A stretch of DNA of 63,663 nucleotides, counting the filler, from Octopus bimaculoides (taxonomy: Eukaryota), in the NCBI RefSeq assembly GCF_001194135.2. It is 4 parts of 4 records of this genome, joined end to end, with 100 filler letters (N's around TTAATTAATTAA, not from the genome) between each part and the next. Parts side by side here need not be neighbours in the genome. Positions count along the whole stretch, not along the records: positions 1 to 31,259 come from NC_068989.1; 3 more parts are not named here. One strand, 5' to 3'. Positions 10,410-24,103 of this stretch are shown here, in pieces (within the stretch, counting starts at the first letter, position 1; every line of letters starts with the position of its first letter). A program made the translations under genes and the position numbers. Under the pieces are notes generated by a model. It saw only the letters and a program-made list of their open reading frames with translations. It made no database searches and was not told where the DNA came from.

Positions 10410-12212
10410 CACACACACACACACGATATTTCATCATGGAAGAGCCAATTTAGCCAGTCATGTTAATTTCACAAGGTATCAAAATGTTTCNNNNNNNNNN
10501 NNNNNNNNNNNNNNNNNNNNNNNNNNNNNNNNNNNNNNNNNNNNNNNNNNNNNNNNNNNNNNNNNNNNNNNNNNNNNNNNNNNNNNNNNNNNNNNNNNNN
10601 NNNNNNNNNNNNNNNNNNNNNNNNNNNNNNNNNNNNNNNNNNNNNNNNNNNNNNNNNNNNNNNNNNNNNNNNNNNNNNNNNNNNNNNNNNNNNNNNNNNN
10701 NNNNNNNNNNNNNNNNNNNNNNNNNNNNNNNNNNNNNNNNNNNNNNNNNNNNNNNNNNNNNNNNNNNNNNNNNNNNNNNNNNNNNNNNNNNNNNNNNNNN
10801 NNNNNNNNNNNNNNNNNNNNNNNNNNNNNNNNNNNNNNNNNNNNNNNNNNNNNNNNNNNNNNNNNNNNNNNNNNNNNNNNNNNNNNNNNNNNNNNNNNNN
10901 NNNNNNNNNNNNNNNNNNNNNNNNNNNNNNNNNNNNNNNNNNNNNNNNNNNNNNNNNNNNNNNNNNNNNNNNNNNNNNNNNNNNNNNNNNNNNNNNNNNN
11001 NNNNNNNNNNNNNNNNNNNNNNNNNNNNNNNNNNNNNNNNNNNNNNNNNNNNNNNNNNNNNNNNNNNNNNNNNNNNNNNNNNNNNNNNNNNNNNNNNNNN
11101 NNNNNNNNNNNNNNNNNNNNNNNNNNNNNNNNNNNNNNNNGTAATACATTCATATATATACACATATAATACATTCATACATATATACATACATGCACAC
11201 CAAAGCACCAAACGTGTACGTGAATAATATTTATGTGAACTGACGTTCTTGGTCCTAGAGATATTCTGCTCTTTGTCAATTAAGCCTCTAATTTTACCCG
11301 TTTTCAAAATTCAATGGAACATTGAGTTAATCTTATACACGCCTAGCTACCTGCTTTATATAAACCACACCTACATGACTCACACAGCCAGCATGACTGG
11401 CCTACTTCTTCTGTAGAAATAAACTGGTCATTGACTAACTGTAAGTAATAAAATGGTCATTAAGTCTATGTAAGTTTGTCTATGTGTGTCTATGTATATA
11501 TTTAGATATGTGTGCGCGGCCTCGTTCATATGTTGCTGTATATGCCCGTGTGAGTACGTGTGTGTGCGCGCGCACTTTTCTGTGAGCATGTCTATATATG
11601 TGTCTGTATGTGTATCTGAATGTTTATGTTCTTATGTGTGTTAGTGCATACGCACGTGTGAATGTATATCTGTCTTCCCTTTCTTTATATAAAATTAGAT
11701 AATAAATATTATTTCTCATCCATCAAATAAAGTCGAGAATTTGTGTCTTACTTTCTACACATGTAAAAGCTTTGTTATAACAAATGTTTATATATATGGT
11801 ATATAAATAGAGAATATTCTTTGTATAAATATAAAAGATTAATTGTCTGTGTTATCTGAAGAAATATATAACTTCTTGAAGCAGTCATCTAAAAGTATTA
11901 TCACCAAACTCGAAAATAAGAAATTTAAGTTTAAATGTTCCACAATGTGAAAACGATCTCCTACTGTGTATTGTTTAGCGATCCTTACAACATCCTGTCT
12001 ATATTGTATGGTTATTACATCATATCATTACCTTATTATATGGTTATTAGTTCATCATGTCATTACATGGTTATTTCTACATCATGTCATTACCTTATTA
12101 TATGATTATTGCCTGGTTTGTAGATATTGTATACTTATTAACTCATCATGCTATATTTGGTTGTCATTATCACAGCATGTGTATTCACTAGTGCATTGTA
12201 TGCAAACTGTTT

Positions 12213-12369
12213 CACATTCTCTGTGCATTGGCTAATCTTGTATGGTCCACTCTGTATTCTCTGTTCATATCATATAGTAATAACCACAGCACCACGTTCT
12301 GCGTATGTTGTATAATTATTACCACATACTGTGTACAATGTATGGTCCTTTCTACAATGTGCGTGTATT
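12213..12369. repeat. ~150-bp dispersed direct repeat, copy 1 (copy 2 at 15460-15610)
   Basis: Shared CACATTCTCTGTG.ATTGGCT.ATC.TGTATGGTC...GTAATAACCACAGCACCAC.TTCT...TTACCACA.A.TGTGTACA.TGTATGGTCC.T; ~75% identity by eye. Confidence 0.75.
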
Positions 12370-13420
12370 TTATTGTCACTTAGTATTTTCTGAAATATTG
12401 GAGAAAGACACAATATCATTAACGAAAATTTTGGCTAAACATGTTGATTTTCATCTAAATATAGCGAAAATATCAAGGTTTCCACTTTAGTAATACGCGG
12501 AATTAATAGTTTTAACTTTCGTAATGTGGCATTTGAAGAAACTGGGACAACAGAATTAGAACAAAATGAACGTCTAGACTTCAGAAAGTTCGATTCGACT
12601 TCAGAGCTTTTCTATCAAACTTGACTGACTTTGTTGACATTGATATTAACAAACTTGTTTATTTGAATGTATTTCAATAAATCACAGTAAGGTTTAACTT
12701 TATCCTTTAGCCTACGGAATTCAATAAAATTAATGTAAAATGAATAAAATCGATTTGTACAATATCAATATTTGGCGTGAATTAGATAGAAAAGGCCAGT
12801 AATTGACTTTTACAAAATTAACTTTGAAAATCAATTCAAAAGAGTGTAATTGGAAAACAAAGGAGGCTGAGATGAAACGGTAAACAACAAGTGGTGGTAA
12901 TACAGATTATAGATAGTAAACAACTGGAGATCGCAGCGGATATCTAGTTACCGATAGGTAGAGTGAAAAATTCAGAGTCCTGACCTAACCATTATAGTAG
13001 GACAATATGGATATGAAGACCCCGATGTGTAGTCTGATTGTTTTGGCCATCTGTTCCGCTACAGAAAAGCTAGAGAAGAAATTGCTGAATGTTAAGCACC
13101 TTCAGATACTGTAAAGTTGTGTAATATTGTATAGTGTAGTGCAGCGCATAAGCGTGCGTTGTGATAGTACAGTTTAGTGAAAGGAATAAGGGAGATGTAA
13201 TTCAGTACAATATTATGCAATGTAATTCTAGTAATTTTCGTTTAGCTTTCTGCTTAATTTTATGTATATTATGGTTGGTGATCGTCATATATTGATGATA
13301 CGTGGAAAAGAAACTTTTCTCTCAATAGATTTCTGTAGATCTTTGGAAAAGTAGAACTAGCAGTCAATTTGAATTTTGGCGATGTGAGCAGAGAAATCGA
13401 AGAGCTCTCTCTCTCTCTCA

Positions 13421-13476
<56 letters not shown>

Positions 13477-13544
13477 CTCTACTTGTACGTGTATATTTCT
13501 ATGCTCGTGTGCGAATGTGTGTGCGTGTATTTGTGTGTGTTTAA

Positions 13545-13584
<40 letters not shown>

Positions 13585-15034
13585 ACTTCTAATGCCAAAA
13601 AGTAAGTGCTATCACCAAAAACCAGCTATTACCAAAACAGATTCAAGGCCCAACCAGTCATGCCGAATCGCCAGCGTTCAAACAGCCAAGCCGATCTCAA
13701 CTAATCACCTCATTCCAGATTTCCCTACCCTCTTGTGTCGGCTAAAAGTTATTAAATGACTAAAACGTCTTTCAAATATCAGAACTTTTTCTTTTCGTAT
13801 CATCCTGTTAAAATCTTCGATAACTAATTCAAAGTAAATTTGCACGTCATTACTAAATTTAGTTTCGTTGGTAATTGCAATATAAGAAAATAAACAAAAA
13901 CATCTTATGAAACATATATATCAGATATATATTTTGTCCCTTGGTGCTTTCATACATTTTTCATTATTCTTGTTTCAGCAAAACATTTTTCCATAAACAA
14001 AGCGGGTGGGTGAATTATAAATAGGATTTCTTGTATTTAAAATCATCTACCATAATTCCCAGGATATTTTCTCGTTCGTAAAACTGTTTCCTTGGTGTCA
14101 ACTTCGTTACAGTTCCACCATTTTCTCTTTAATCTTCACTTATCTCTCTGCACCACTCTTGTCATATTTTACTGTTGTTTATCGTCTGTTTTACTGTGAA
14201 GTTTTCTCCAATACATTCTTACTTCCTGTTGGCCTCTACATGTGTGGCATTTCTAAAAGTACAACAAACGTTATGAATGTAATTCGCAGATATTTCCCCT
14301 GCACAATTAGAAATATAAGTTTGCCCATTACCCCTGTCAACCAAATCTGCAATCCATTGTCGTTTCTGCTTCCAGCCATTTCAGTTAACGTTTATCGCTA
14401 AAGCTTTGGGAACGGGCATTGATGCTCCGAGCCTAAAATTAGAAATTTCTTGTGCCTTCTCTCAAAACTAAAGTAAAATACAATACGAGATCTTTTAACT
14501 GAACACCGTCTTGTAAGATTATTAAGGCAGTTAGCTAAAGCCATACACCAAACTAAGACGCCGCTTTATGTCTTCTGCGCTACTTATACTCGAGGAAATG
14601 TCTAAAGTGTCACATATACTTATTCCCTTTTCTTGTGATTGTGCTGAATTCTACAAAGTAAGAAATTAATCTTATTTGAGCTGTATATTAGATTTTACAC
14701 TGAAATACAAGTTAGAAAAAAAAAGAAATATTTTTCACCGCAATGTTTTAACAAATTTCATTTGAAAATAAAATATTAAAGTCAAGGGCTGTACTAAATG
14801 AATCTGTACAACGACGTAAGATTATATGTTATAGCGGTTGCAAGAAAACAAAAAAAAAAAAACAGAGAATATTCATTATTTCATCATTGTTTTCTTTCAT
14901 TAAATTCTTTTAAAAAAAAACGAAAAAGGAAATTGATAACATAACGATTTGGTAATTATGAGTATCATGTCACTATATTTCGGTTTGTCGGTTTATTATT
15001 AGAGTTTATAGTCAAAAGTCATGTTTATAGTCAA

Positions 15035-15710
15035 GATGTCAGTCTGTCGACAAAGTGTCGGTTTATTGTCAGTGTTTTGACAAAGTGCTTATTGTCACAG
15101 TCTTTGTCTATTGACACAGTATCAGACATTTAACAATGTCGATGTATTGTCAATGTCGGTCTGCTGTCAGTGGTCATTTATTGCCAAAGTGTTGTCTATT
15201 GTGATTGTCAGTCTATATGCAGTGTCAATTTATTGACAAAATGCTGTTGTATTGTCTCACTGACAGCCTATTGTCAGTGATGGTCTATTGTCAGCGTTGA
15301 TGCATTATCAGTATTGTCAGTTATCAGTGGTTGTCTATTGTCAATGTTTATTTATGGTCGATGTTAATCGATTGTCAACGTTATTCTTTGTCAGTGTCAG
15401 TCGAGAGTAACTGTCGGTCTATTGACAAAATGTTGACATGTTACACAATGTCTAAGTCCCACATTCTCTGTGTATTGGCTTATCGTGTATGGTCTTTCCT
15501 GTATTCTCTATTCATGTTATGTAGTAATAACCACAGCACCACATTCTCTGTGCATTTTTTACCACACATTGTGTACATTGTATGGTCCCTTCAGCAATGT
15601 GTGTGCATTGTTCTGTTGACAGACTGTCAACGGTTACTGTCAATCAAACACGCTGCCAGCGGTCGTTTATTGTCAATTGACACTATATTGATACACTGTT
15701 GATGTCAAAT
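15035..15710. repeat. Degenerate low-complexity satellite built on TGTCA/TTGACA cores, containing copy 2 of the 150-bp repeat
   Basis: Many ATTGTCA/TGTCA/TGACA words recur with short irregular spacing across ~670 bp. Confidence 0.7.
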
Positions 15711-15870
15711 TCACCCAAGAATAGCATTGTCCTTCGTCCCTTTTAGTCGCCGACGACCTGATCATGCAACAAGTTGTACTCGGTTAGGTGTTTCAGTAGT
15801 ACTTTCGAGTGACCCGACATAGATGTATATATACATACGTGTGTGTGTGCGTGTGTGTGTGTGTGTTTGT

Positions 15871-15916
<46 letters not shown>

Positions 15917-17970
15917 NNNNNNNNNNNNNNNNNNNNNNNNNNNNNNNNNNNNNNNNNNNNNNNNNNNNNNNNNNNNNNNNNNNNNNNNNNNNNNNNNNNN
16001 NNNNNNNNNNNNNNNNNNNNNNNNNNNNNNNNNNNNNNNNNNNNNNNNNNNNNNNNNNNNNNNNNNNNNNNNNNNNNNNNNNNNNNNNNNNNNNNNNNNN
16101 NNNNNNNNNNNNNNNNNNNNNNNNNNNNNNNNNNNNNNNNNNNNNNNNNNNNNNNNNNNNNNNNNNNNNNNNNNNNNNNNNNNNNNNNNNNNNNNNNNNN
16201 NNNNNNNNNNNNNNNNNNNNNNNNNNNNNNNNNNNNNNNNNNNNNNNNNNNNNNNNNNNNNNNNNNNNNNNNNNNNNNNNNNNNNNNNNNNNNNNNNNNN
16301 NNNNNNNNNNNNNNNNNNNNNNNNNNNNNNNNNNNNNNNNNNNNNNNNNNNNNNNNNNNNNNNNNNNNNNNNNNNNNNNNNNNNNNNNNNNNNNNNNNNN
16401 NNNNNNNNNNNNNNNNNNNNNNNNNNNNNNNNNNNNNNNNNNNNNNNNNNNNNNNNNNNNNNNNNNNNNNNNNNNNNNNNNNNNNNNNNNNNNNNNNNNN
16501 NNNNNNNNNNNNNNNNNNNNNNNNNNNNNNNNNNNNNNNNNNNNNNNNNNNNNNNNNNNNNNNNNNNNNNNNNNNNNNNNNNNNNNNNNNNNNNNNNNNN
16601 NNNNNNNNNNNNNNNNNNNNNNNNNNNNNNNNNNNNNNNNNNNNNNNNNNNNNNNNNNNNNNNNNNNNNNNNNNNNNNNNNNNNNNNNNNNNCCTCCTCC
16701 CCTTCCCCCCCTCCTCCTCCTTCTCCTCCTTTATCTGCGGAGCGTATTGTAGACTCTTTCGATAGGATTCCAGTGGGACACACTGACGGATCGTAAATGT
16801 GATATGGAACTCCGTCAGTTTCAACGATGAGTATTCAATTGCTCATTCTCCTGAACTCCCTTCTAATTGAATAAGAGTTTAAGTGGCTGTGTATTCCACA
16901 GGCTCGGGTGTCCCAAACGTAAATCTCAGGAGGTATCTGCATAAAAGAGTCTGACAAGTCTAGATCTTTAGATTAAATGTATAAGCCAGCCAATAATTAC
17001 CCACGCAGTTTCCTTCTGCTCAACCCAACTCACAAAGTGTGGGCTAGGATATAAAAAAAAAACTTTGCTCTCTTGGGTGGGATCGAACTTACGACCTCGT
17101 GATTGCGAAGTGAACTTGTTAACTATTCGAGCATGCTGTGTATACATGTCTGGTTGACTTTCGGAGCCGCCCACTTACCGATGTTTTACACTATTCTAAT
17201 GAACTTGATTGCACTCGACAAATGTTTTATATTTTACTTACAATGAATAGATTATAGCTATCAGACTCCCTACCTAGCGAATAACAGACCATCTGTTAAC
17301 CTAGTCATTTCTATGAGCTTCAGTCAAATACACATCTCTAGAGTTTTCGACTTCATTCCTAACTCTAATGCATTCCAAACTTGTCTTCTGTAAAATGATA
17401 ACTCCCCGGTGGCTTTTCTCAAGAGTTTTACATTTTCTTCTTTTTGTCTTTCTTTTTTTTATCTAACTAGACGTGTTCGTATATGCGATTTCTTTGCTTG
17501 TTCTTTACACCTCTTGCATGCCTATACATATGGATTCACACACATATACACACATACACATACTCACGTATATATGTATGTGTGTATGTATCCGTACATG
17601 TAATATATATATGCACACACATGCATATATGCGTACACTTGCACAAACAGAGTGTGCGTGTATGTGTCTAGTCGTGTAGAAGTGCTTCCATGCTAAATGT
17701 GTTGTTCGTGGCATATTTTATTTATAAATCTGTATAATATCACGTGTGCGTGCGCACAGTGCGTTTTAAAACGCTTGAGCTTTTCAAAATCTGATACGAG
17801 ATCAACTGTTTATTTTTTTAATCTTCAGAAATATCAAGAAATATCAACAGTACTTTATACGGTAGAGTTTCTTAAATGTGACATACAATAATATCTATAG
17901 ACTATAAATAGTAATACTATAAGTGTGTAATACACCACTATGTTGTAATACAACACTGAAGAAAAAAGTA

Positions 17971-18292
17971 GCACTCCGTCGGGTGCGATGACGGGGGCTT
18001 CAGTTGATCCTATCAACGGAACAGCTTGTTCGTGAAATCAAAGTGCAAGTAGCTGAGCACTCCACAGACACGTGTACCCTTAACGTAGTTCTCAGAGGGA
18101 TTCAGCGTGACACAAAATGTGACACGGCTGGCCCTTTGAATTACAGGTACAACTCAGTTTTGCCAGCTGGGTGGACAGGAGCAACGTAAAATAAAGCGTA
18201 TTGCTCAAGGACAGAACGCGCCGCCGAGGATCCAACTCACGACCTCACGATCGTGAGCCGAATACCCTAACCACTAAGCCACGCGCCTTCAC
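17971..18292 (-). mobile_element. tRNA-derived SINE, family B
   Basis: Minus-strand head GTGAAGGCGCGTGGCTTAGTGGTTAGGG...GAGGTCGTGAGTTGGATCC, core GTCCTTGAGCAA...CTCCTGTCCACCCAGCTGGCAAAA, and the family B tail. Confidence 0.85.
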
Positions 18293-19125
18293 AATTCAGC
18301 ACTAATATGTTGCAAAATTTACAACAAACAATATCGCTACTAAATGCATTGACTAGTTTCGAGATTATCTGATTTGTTGTAATCTGTATTGCTGAGAGAT
18401 TTGCATATTTGAGGGAGTTGAAATTGCATATTTTGAAGGAATTAAATTTACATGCATTGACGGATTGAGATTTGCTTATGATGATTGAATTTTATACAAA
18501 ACTATAAAGCGATAGACACCATATTTAACAAAACAAATTCTTCGAGAGCTGCACTTGAGTGGTCGAGTTGAGAGGACGTCTGACTACCAGCTGATGAGCT
18601 AATGACCCCTAACTTATCACAAGTGATATGAAATACTTGTAGTCAATGCACTCAAATCTTGCTAGCTTAATGCATTTGGCTGTAACCTTTAGACAGATAC
18701 ACCCAACTGCTGTAAGAAAAGAAAGTACTTTACAATTGTTGAAAGTGACCAACTCAGTTCAGTGAAGACAATGGGAAAACATTCCAGGGTAGTCTCCCTT
18801 GAAAATCTTACTGACGCTACATCTACAGCAGGAGTGGGGAACTCTTCATTATATATGCACATACTTCACGTTCAAATTTGAAACATAATCTTTATAACAA
18901 TGTGTTTAACAATATCTAACATGAACGTATAATACCCATCAGAAGCTTATAACTAAGGGATGTAAATGATTTTGACTCAATATCAATTTTTCAACATCAA
19001 CAGAATAGAAAATCTACGACATTCTAGGCTTCGGGAATTATAAAATTTAATTTCATATCCTGCAGGCATCAGACGTTGTCGAGGATCTTGGGGAACAGTT
19101 AATGTCTAATCAGAAATAATTAATA

Positions 19126-19325
19126 TTGATTTCAAAATTTGGTACAAGACGAGCAATTGTGGGGGAAGGTGCAAGTCGATTTCATCGATCCCAGTGCTCA
19201 ACTGGTGCTTATTTTATGAAAGGCAAAGTCGACCCCGGTGGCATTTGACTTGTGAACATAAAGTCAGAAGAAATCCCGCTAATCATTTTAACAGGTGCTG
19301 TAACGATTCTACCAGCTCGACACTT
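19126..19325 (-). mobile_element. tRNA-derived SINE, family C (GACTTTGCCTTTCATCC...GATAAAATAAGTACC core)
   Basis: Matches the copies at 50700, 60505, 61043 and 61255; Pol III box-like head on the minus strand. Confidence 0.75.
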
Positions 19326-20025
19326 GTTAAAACAATAATTAATACTGGTGATGGATAGTGATAGAAAACCATCAGCACCTAAATTTTCTATAAGCTACAC
19401 CTCATCCTCTCTTATGACCGTGTAAAACAAATCTTTAAGTCTTCGATGCTTTACAATATTTAGTCTTATACTTGTATGTTCTGTGTTGAAATTCATGCAA
19501 AAATTGTCAACATTTGTCAGCGGCCACTACGACATTCATCAGTTTTTGTATTAGGGTTATTATAGCAGCACCACCACCTTCTTTGCAAAAATTGACACTG
19601 GCGTATTAAAGGCTATTTTCTTGATGCACATCCAGGGGATTGGCAGAATCGGTGGCGTATCAGATAAACTGCTTCTCGGTTATCTAATGATGAACCTTTA
19701 TATTTTGAGTTTGAAACTGGCCGACGTCTACTTAGTCTTTCATCTTCAGAATTTCATAAAATAAGTATCAGCCACCTTCTGGGTTCAACTACACTCCGCA
19801 TCTCAAAAGTTAATTGCTTGCTCTCCCTACTTCCAGCAAAATTATGTTAACTTTGACATGTATGACAAATCAGTGTCTTGACGACGGGATGCATTTGAAG
19901 TTCGAATCTCGCCGAAGTCTGCATTGAAGCATGAAATGCTGAGGTCGATCTAATTATTTATATTCCAGCACTAAGTTAAGAATTATCATATACAATCACA
20001 TATAAGACACTTCAGACATTGCTAT

Positions 20026-20195
20026 AGGTGCAGGCATAACTGTGTAGGTAAAATGATCGCTTTGCAACCACGTGGTTTCAGGTTCAGGTTCACTGCGCAG
20101 CATTTTGGGTGACTCTTCTACTATTGATCCAGGCCGACCAATGTCTTGCGAGTGAATTTGGTAGACGGAAACTGTGTAGAAGCCCGTCTTATATA
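20026..20195 (+). mobile_element. SINE family A, 5' half
   Basis: AGGTGCAGG...GGTTTCAGGTTCAGGTTCACTGCG...GGTAGACGGAAACTGTGTAGAAGCCCGTC then (TA)n; homologous to 40086-40260. Confidence 0.75.
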
Positions 20196-21124
20196 TATAT
20201 ATATAGTAGGAGGGACAGTACATATGAACAGCTGTCCCAGAATATCATCAAAGTACTATTGTTCGGTACAATATGACGTCGTTGCTAAAATAATATACCG
20301 TTCCATGTGAGGAAAAGACTACCGCATTACAAATAATTTTGATGTTGACCATATTGATATGTTCCGACAGAAGTAATATTTGTCGAACATTTCTGTGAAT
20401 ACACCCGCTAAAACACAGATATTTGATTATAGTTATAACACATGTTATGTACTGTGGCAGAGACGTAGGTTTTCAACGGATCTGAACCGTTTAATTAAAG
20501 ATCAAACCAAAGGGAATATTTAAACAAAGCCGCATCAAAACACACCACTTCTACAGAAGAATTACAAGTTTATATCTTATACTTTTACCCACAATCATTG
20601 TAGTCATAATTATTGTACTGAATCACTGTACACCTTTCTACTAATAATCTTAGTGCCCATAATTATTGTTTCTGTTTACAGTTACTATGCCCATATTCAT
20701 AGTTATGTTACTAAATGTTAAAGCAAGCACCTGGGGAAAAAAGACATTTTCAGACAAAAGGGTCGTGATTACTTTTCTGAAAACCTGCAAGATAATTATA
20801 AAATTCAGCATGTAATTATTTACTATTATTAATACCTAAGGTACAACAATGGATCTTTATCTCTTAATTAGATACCAGCTCCGTCTTTATAGGAAGATTT
20901 AAAGAAATGCAAAATATTAACTATATCTACATACATATATACATATATCATGATGATTCGCGCCGTGTATCAAACTGCCGGCATCATGATTGCTGCTACA
21001 TGTTCTGTAAACACTGAAAATATTGCAAAATGTGACATGACATGGACAGCTGCAACGGAGACTACGATGCCATAGCGAACAAGAAGGGAAATAGTAGGCA
21101 TTATGACAGCGTTTGCACGCCGGA

Positions 21125-21644
21125 ATTTATCCCAACATATTTCAACGGGGTCTTAAACTCAATTCAGACGGTTATGTGAGGCAACTGGAGACTGTGGTCA
21201 ATCTCAGTCTGGAGAGGGTTATCATATGTGTGACAGTAGGATTCGGCTTCTTGTCATACCTCCGGGAAGTGACAGATGTGGTTCTCTGAGAATCTGTACT
21301 ACTTCACCAGCCCCAATTTCTGGCATCCTAATTTCCCCCAGTTGTAATCCCATGAATTATTATGTGTGAGGTACGGTTGAGAAAATCACGAACCGCACAG
21401 CTACCAACGGCAATCCCGAGCTGGTGGCCAAGATCAAGGAGGTGTTCGAAGATCTTCCCGGGGACATAGTGAGGAAAACATGCAGCAGGCTCTTGAGACC
21501 GTGGTTGAAGCTGAGGAAGGTTACTTTGAGTAGACTGTTATCTCACAGCCATAAGCTAATCGATATCTTTTTGCTTTTTTTTAAAGTACTTTCATTTTTG
21601 GATGAGATATTATGCAAACAGTCAAATTTAATCCGAATACCCTG
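21125..21644 (+). mobile_element. Tc1/mariner transposase relic (DD37D, maT-like spacing) with right terminal repeat
   Basis: HIFQRGLKLNSDGYVRQLETVV...Q*DSASCHTSGK*QMWFSENLYYFTSPNFWHPN(fs)SPSCNPMNYYV*...ELVAKIKEVFEDLPGDIVRKTC...LETVVEAEEGYFE*. There are 37 residues between the D and the third catalytic position (now N). Ends ATCCGAATACCCTG|TA. Confidence 0.8.
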
Positions 21645-21736
21645 TATACATACACATGGATGTAAATACATGAATACACGCATACATAGATGCGTGCATA
21701 CCTACATACATACAGACATACACACACATACAGTTT

Positions 21737-21785
<49 letters not shown>

Positions 21786-21794
21786 GTAGGTAGG

Positions 21795-21841
<47 letters not shown>

Positions 21842-21862
21842 GTAGGTAGGTAGGTAGGTAGG

Positions 21863-21934
<72 letters not shown>

Positions 21935-21935
21935 C
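21737..21935. repeat. (GATA)n/(GGTA)n microsatellite
   Basis: ~50 tetranucleotide units. Confidence 0.95.
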
Positions 21936-22033
21936 ATTTAAGTTGAAATAGATTATCTGATAGAATGTTATTTCAATGCTTATTAGCAAGGTGCAGAGGT
22001 ACAATCAGCAGTCAGGAAGAGGCTTGATAATTT

Positions 22034-22104
22034 GTTCTCAGATTCGCCGGTCCTCCGGTTTCTTAATTAGTTTGAAGAAGCCGGGGACCGGCGAAACTGC
22101 GAGT
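22034..22104 (+). other. GC-rich imperfect hairpin (~30-bp stem, 10-nt loop), pre-miRNA-like geometry
   Basis: TTCGCCGGTCC(T)CCGGTTTCTT-aattagtttg-AAGAAGCCGGGGACCGGCGAA. The stem extends outward via CAGA/ACTG, and G-U pairs favour the + strand RNA. Confidence 0.45.
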
Positions 22105-22719
22105 ATCTCTTACGTCACTACAAGTATGATGTCTAAAGAAATGCTAATCCGTTACAATTATGCAGCAGTGCCGCTGCATGGGCTGCCGTCAGAACACAGA
22201 AACCGATACCACAAGGTATCGCGTCGGACTCTCTAACAATTCAGTCCACTGCCCTGAGATTGTGCATTGCTTTTTATTTTTTCGTAGTCGATGCATTAAG
22301 TACCAGAGCACTGGGCTCCATGTAATCGACTACAACAAAAAATATCGGCCTTGTGTCAATACTTGTCGCTCTGCGCCATATGACCGTGGACGTCGACTCC
22401 AACTCGAGAGTACAGTATGTCTTTCATAGGAGTTTTCGTGACTACGGTCTTGGATCAGCTGCACAGCTTTGCTAGCCCAAGTGCGGGAGGATTCCAGGAG
22501 ATATCACTCGTGTGGATGGCTTGTGTCTCACAAATAGCTCAAAAGTCTTTTGACAGGTCTTGTTTTTAGCTTTGCAGAGTGTGCATAACACCCTCCTCAC
22601 CTGCGAGGTAAGTGGGGGAGCCGGTTTAGTCACCGACCATCTGTCCATGTAACAGGTAGCACTGGGTTACAAAGAACCAGTAGCAGAATAATAAAAAGGA
22701 CTATATGAAGACATAAGTT

Positions 22720-22935
22720 CAGCGAAGTGGTAAAGCTCTGAGTGCGTCGGAAAAAATGCTTTTGCAATATTTCTGCCGGCTCTTTACGTTTGGAAGCTAA
22801 AATCCCACCGAGGCCAACTTAGCCTTTCATCCTTTTGGAATAAGCAATACAAAATACCAATCAAGTACTGGAGTAGATGGTATCAACTTATCCCCACTCC
22901 AAAATCACTGGTTGTGTTCCTAAATTAGAAACAAT
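22720..22935 (+). mobile_element. SINE family C, diverged copy
   Basis: AAATCCCACCGAGGCCAACTTAGCCTTTCATCCTTTTGG...AAGTACTGGAGTAGATGG..TCAACT. Confidence 0.65.
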
Positions 22936-23720
22936 TATTACATGTTTATATGTATTTGTAACTATTCACAATAAGGATTTTGAACATAAGCATAAGCCAG
23001 AAATTACATTAAACCCAGTACTTGACCGGTACAAATTTTATCGATGCAGGATGAATGAAATGCAAAGTTTTTGAATTCAGAATACAAAGGGCTGTAACTA
23101 AAAAGTATGAAATATATATATATAAAATTAAAATAACATATTTTATATATGTATATATATATATGTAACGATTCTGCTTACCCATAGCGATACAGGTAAT
23201 CAGCTGTTAGAACACAATATACATATGCGCCAAAGGAAAGTGCTTGGTGAGTATAGAGCATAATATGAAATTAAAGAAATGGCAAGGAAACAGGAATTAC
23301 GTAATCAACTACAGTAGGTTATAGCTGCTTCTGCTATGAGATACAGTGCACACTTCCTCGGACCCTGCCTGTCCACGTACAGCAGATTACCGGCAAAGAG
23401 TTTGCAGAATAGAAATACTCTCTCCAGTGACTGCATGGAGACATGGACACAGCTCTTATACGTTGACACATACTCTCTCTGTCTCTCTCTCTCTCTCTCT
23501 TCCCACATTTACTCAACAACTGGGAGATGCTTTACAAAGCACCAAATTTACAGCAGCGAAACCACCTGCTCGAAAATCTGAATCAAGAACTCATATAGAC
23601 ATGTGCTTGTATAGACAGGTAAATAGATATATATAGGAACAAGCGAGCGAGAGAGGTGAGATAGGTAACGTAAGCATAGTGGAACATACAGCGACATATA
23701 CATAAGTATAACAATGTGTA

Positions 23721-23796
<76 letters not shown>

Positions 23797-23914
23797 TGTG
23801 TGTGTGGAGAGAGAGAGAAAGAGAGAAAGAGAAATAGAGAGAGAAAGAGAGACAGACAGACAGAGACAGACTGATAGATAGATATATAGATATATACCTA
23901 TCCATATGTATATG

Positions 23915-23963
<49 letters not shown>

Positions 23964-24103
23964 GTGTGTGTGTGTGTGTGTATAATATAATATAATATAA
24001 TATAATATTATATAATATAATATAACATGATATAATATAATATAATATAAACGCGCACACAAGTAGCGGCAAATTGGCGGACTCGTTATAGCAGGTAGCA
24101 TAC

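Noticed and set aside
23390-23436. MQSLERVFLFCKLFAG|gtaatc as a phase-1 signal-peptide exon for the VWA gene
   Set aside because: The phase fits, but the peptide is a poor signal sequence and the donor is weak.
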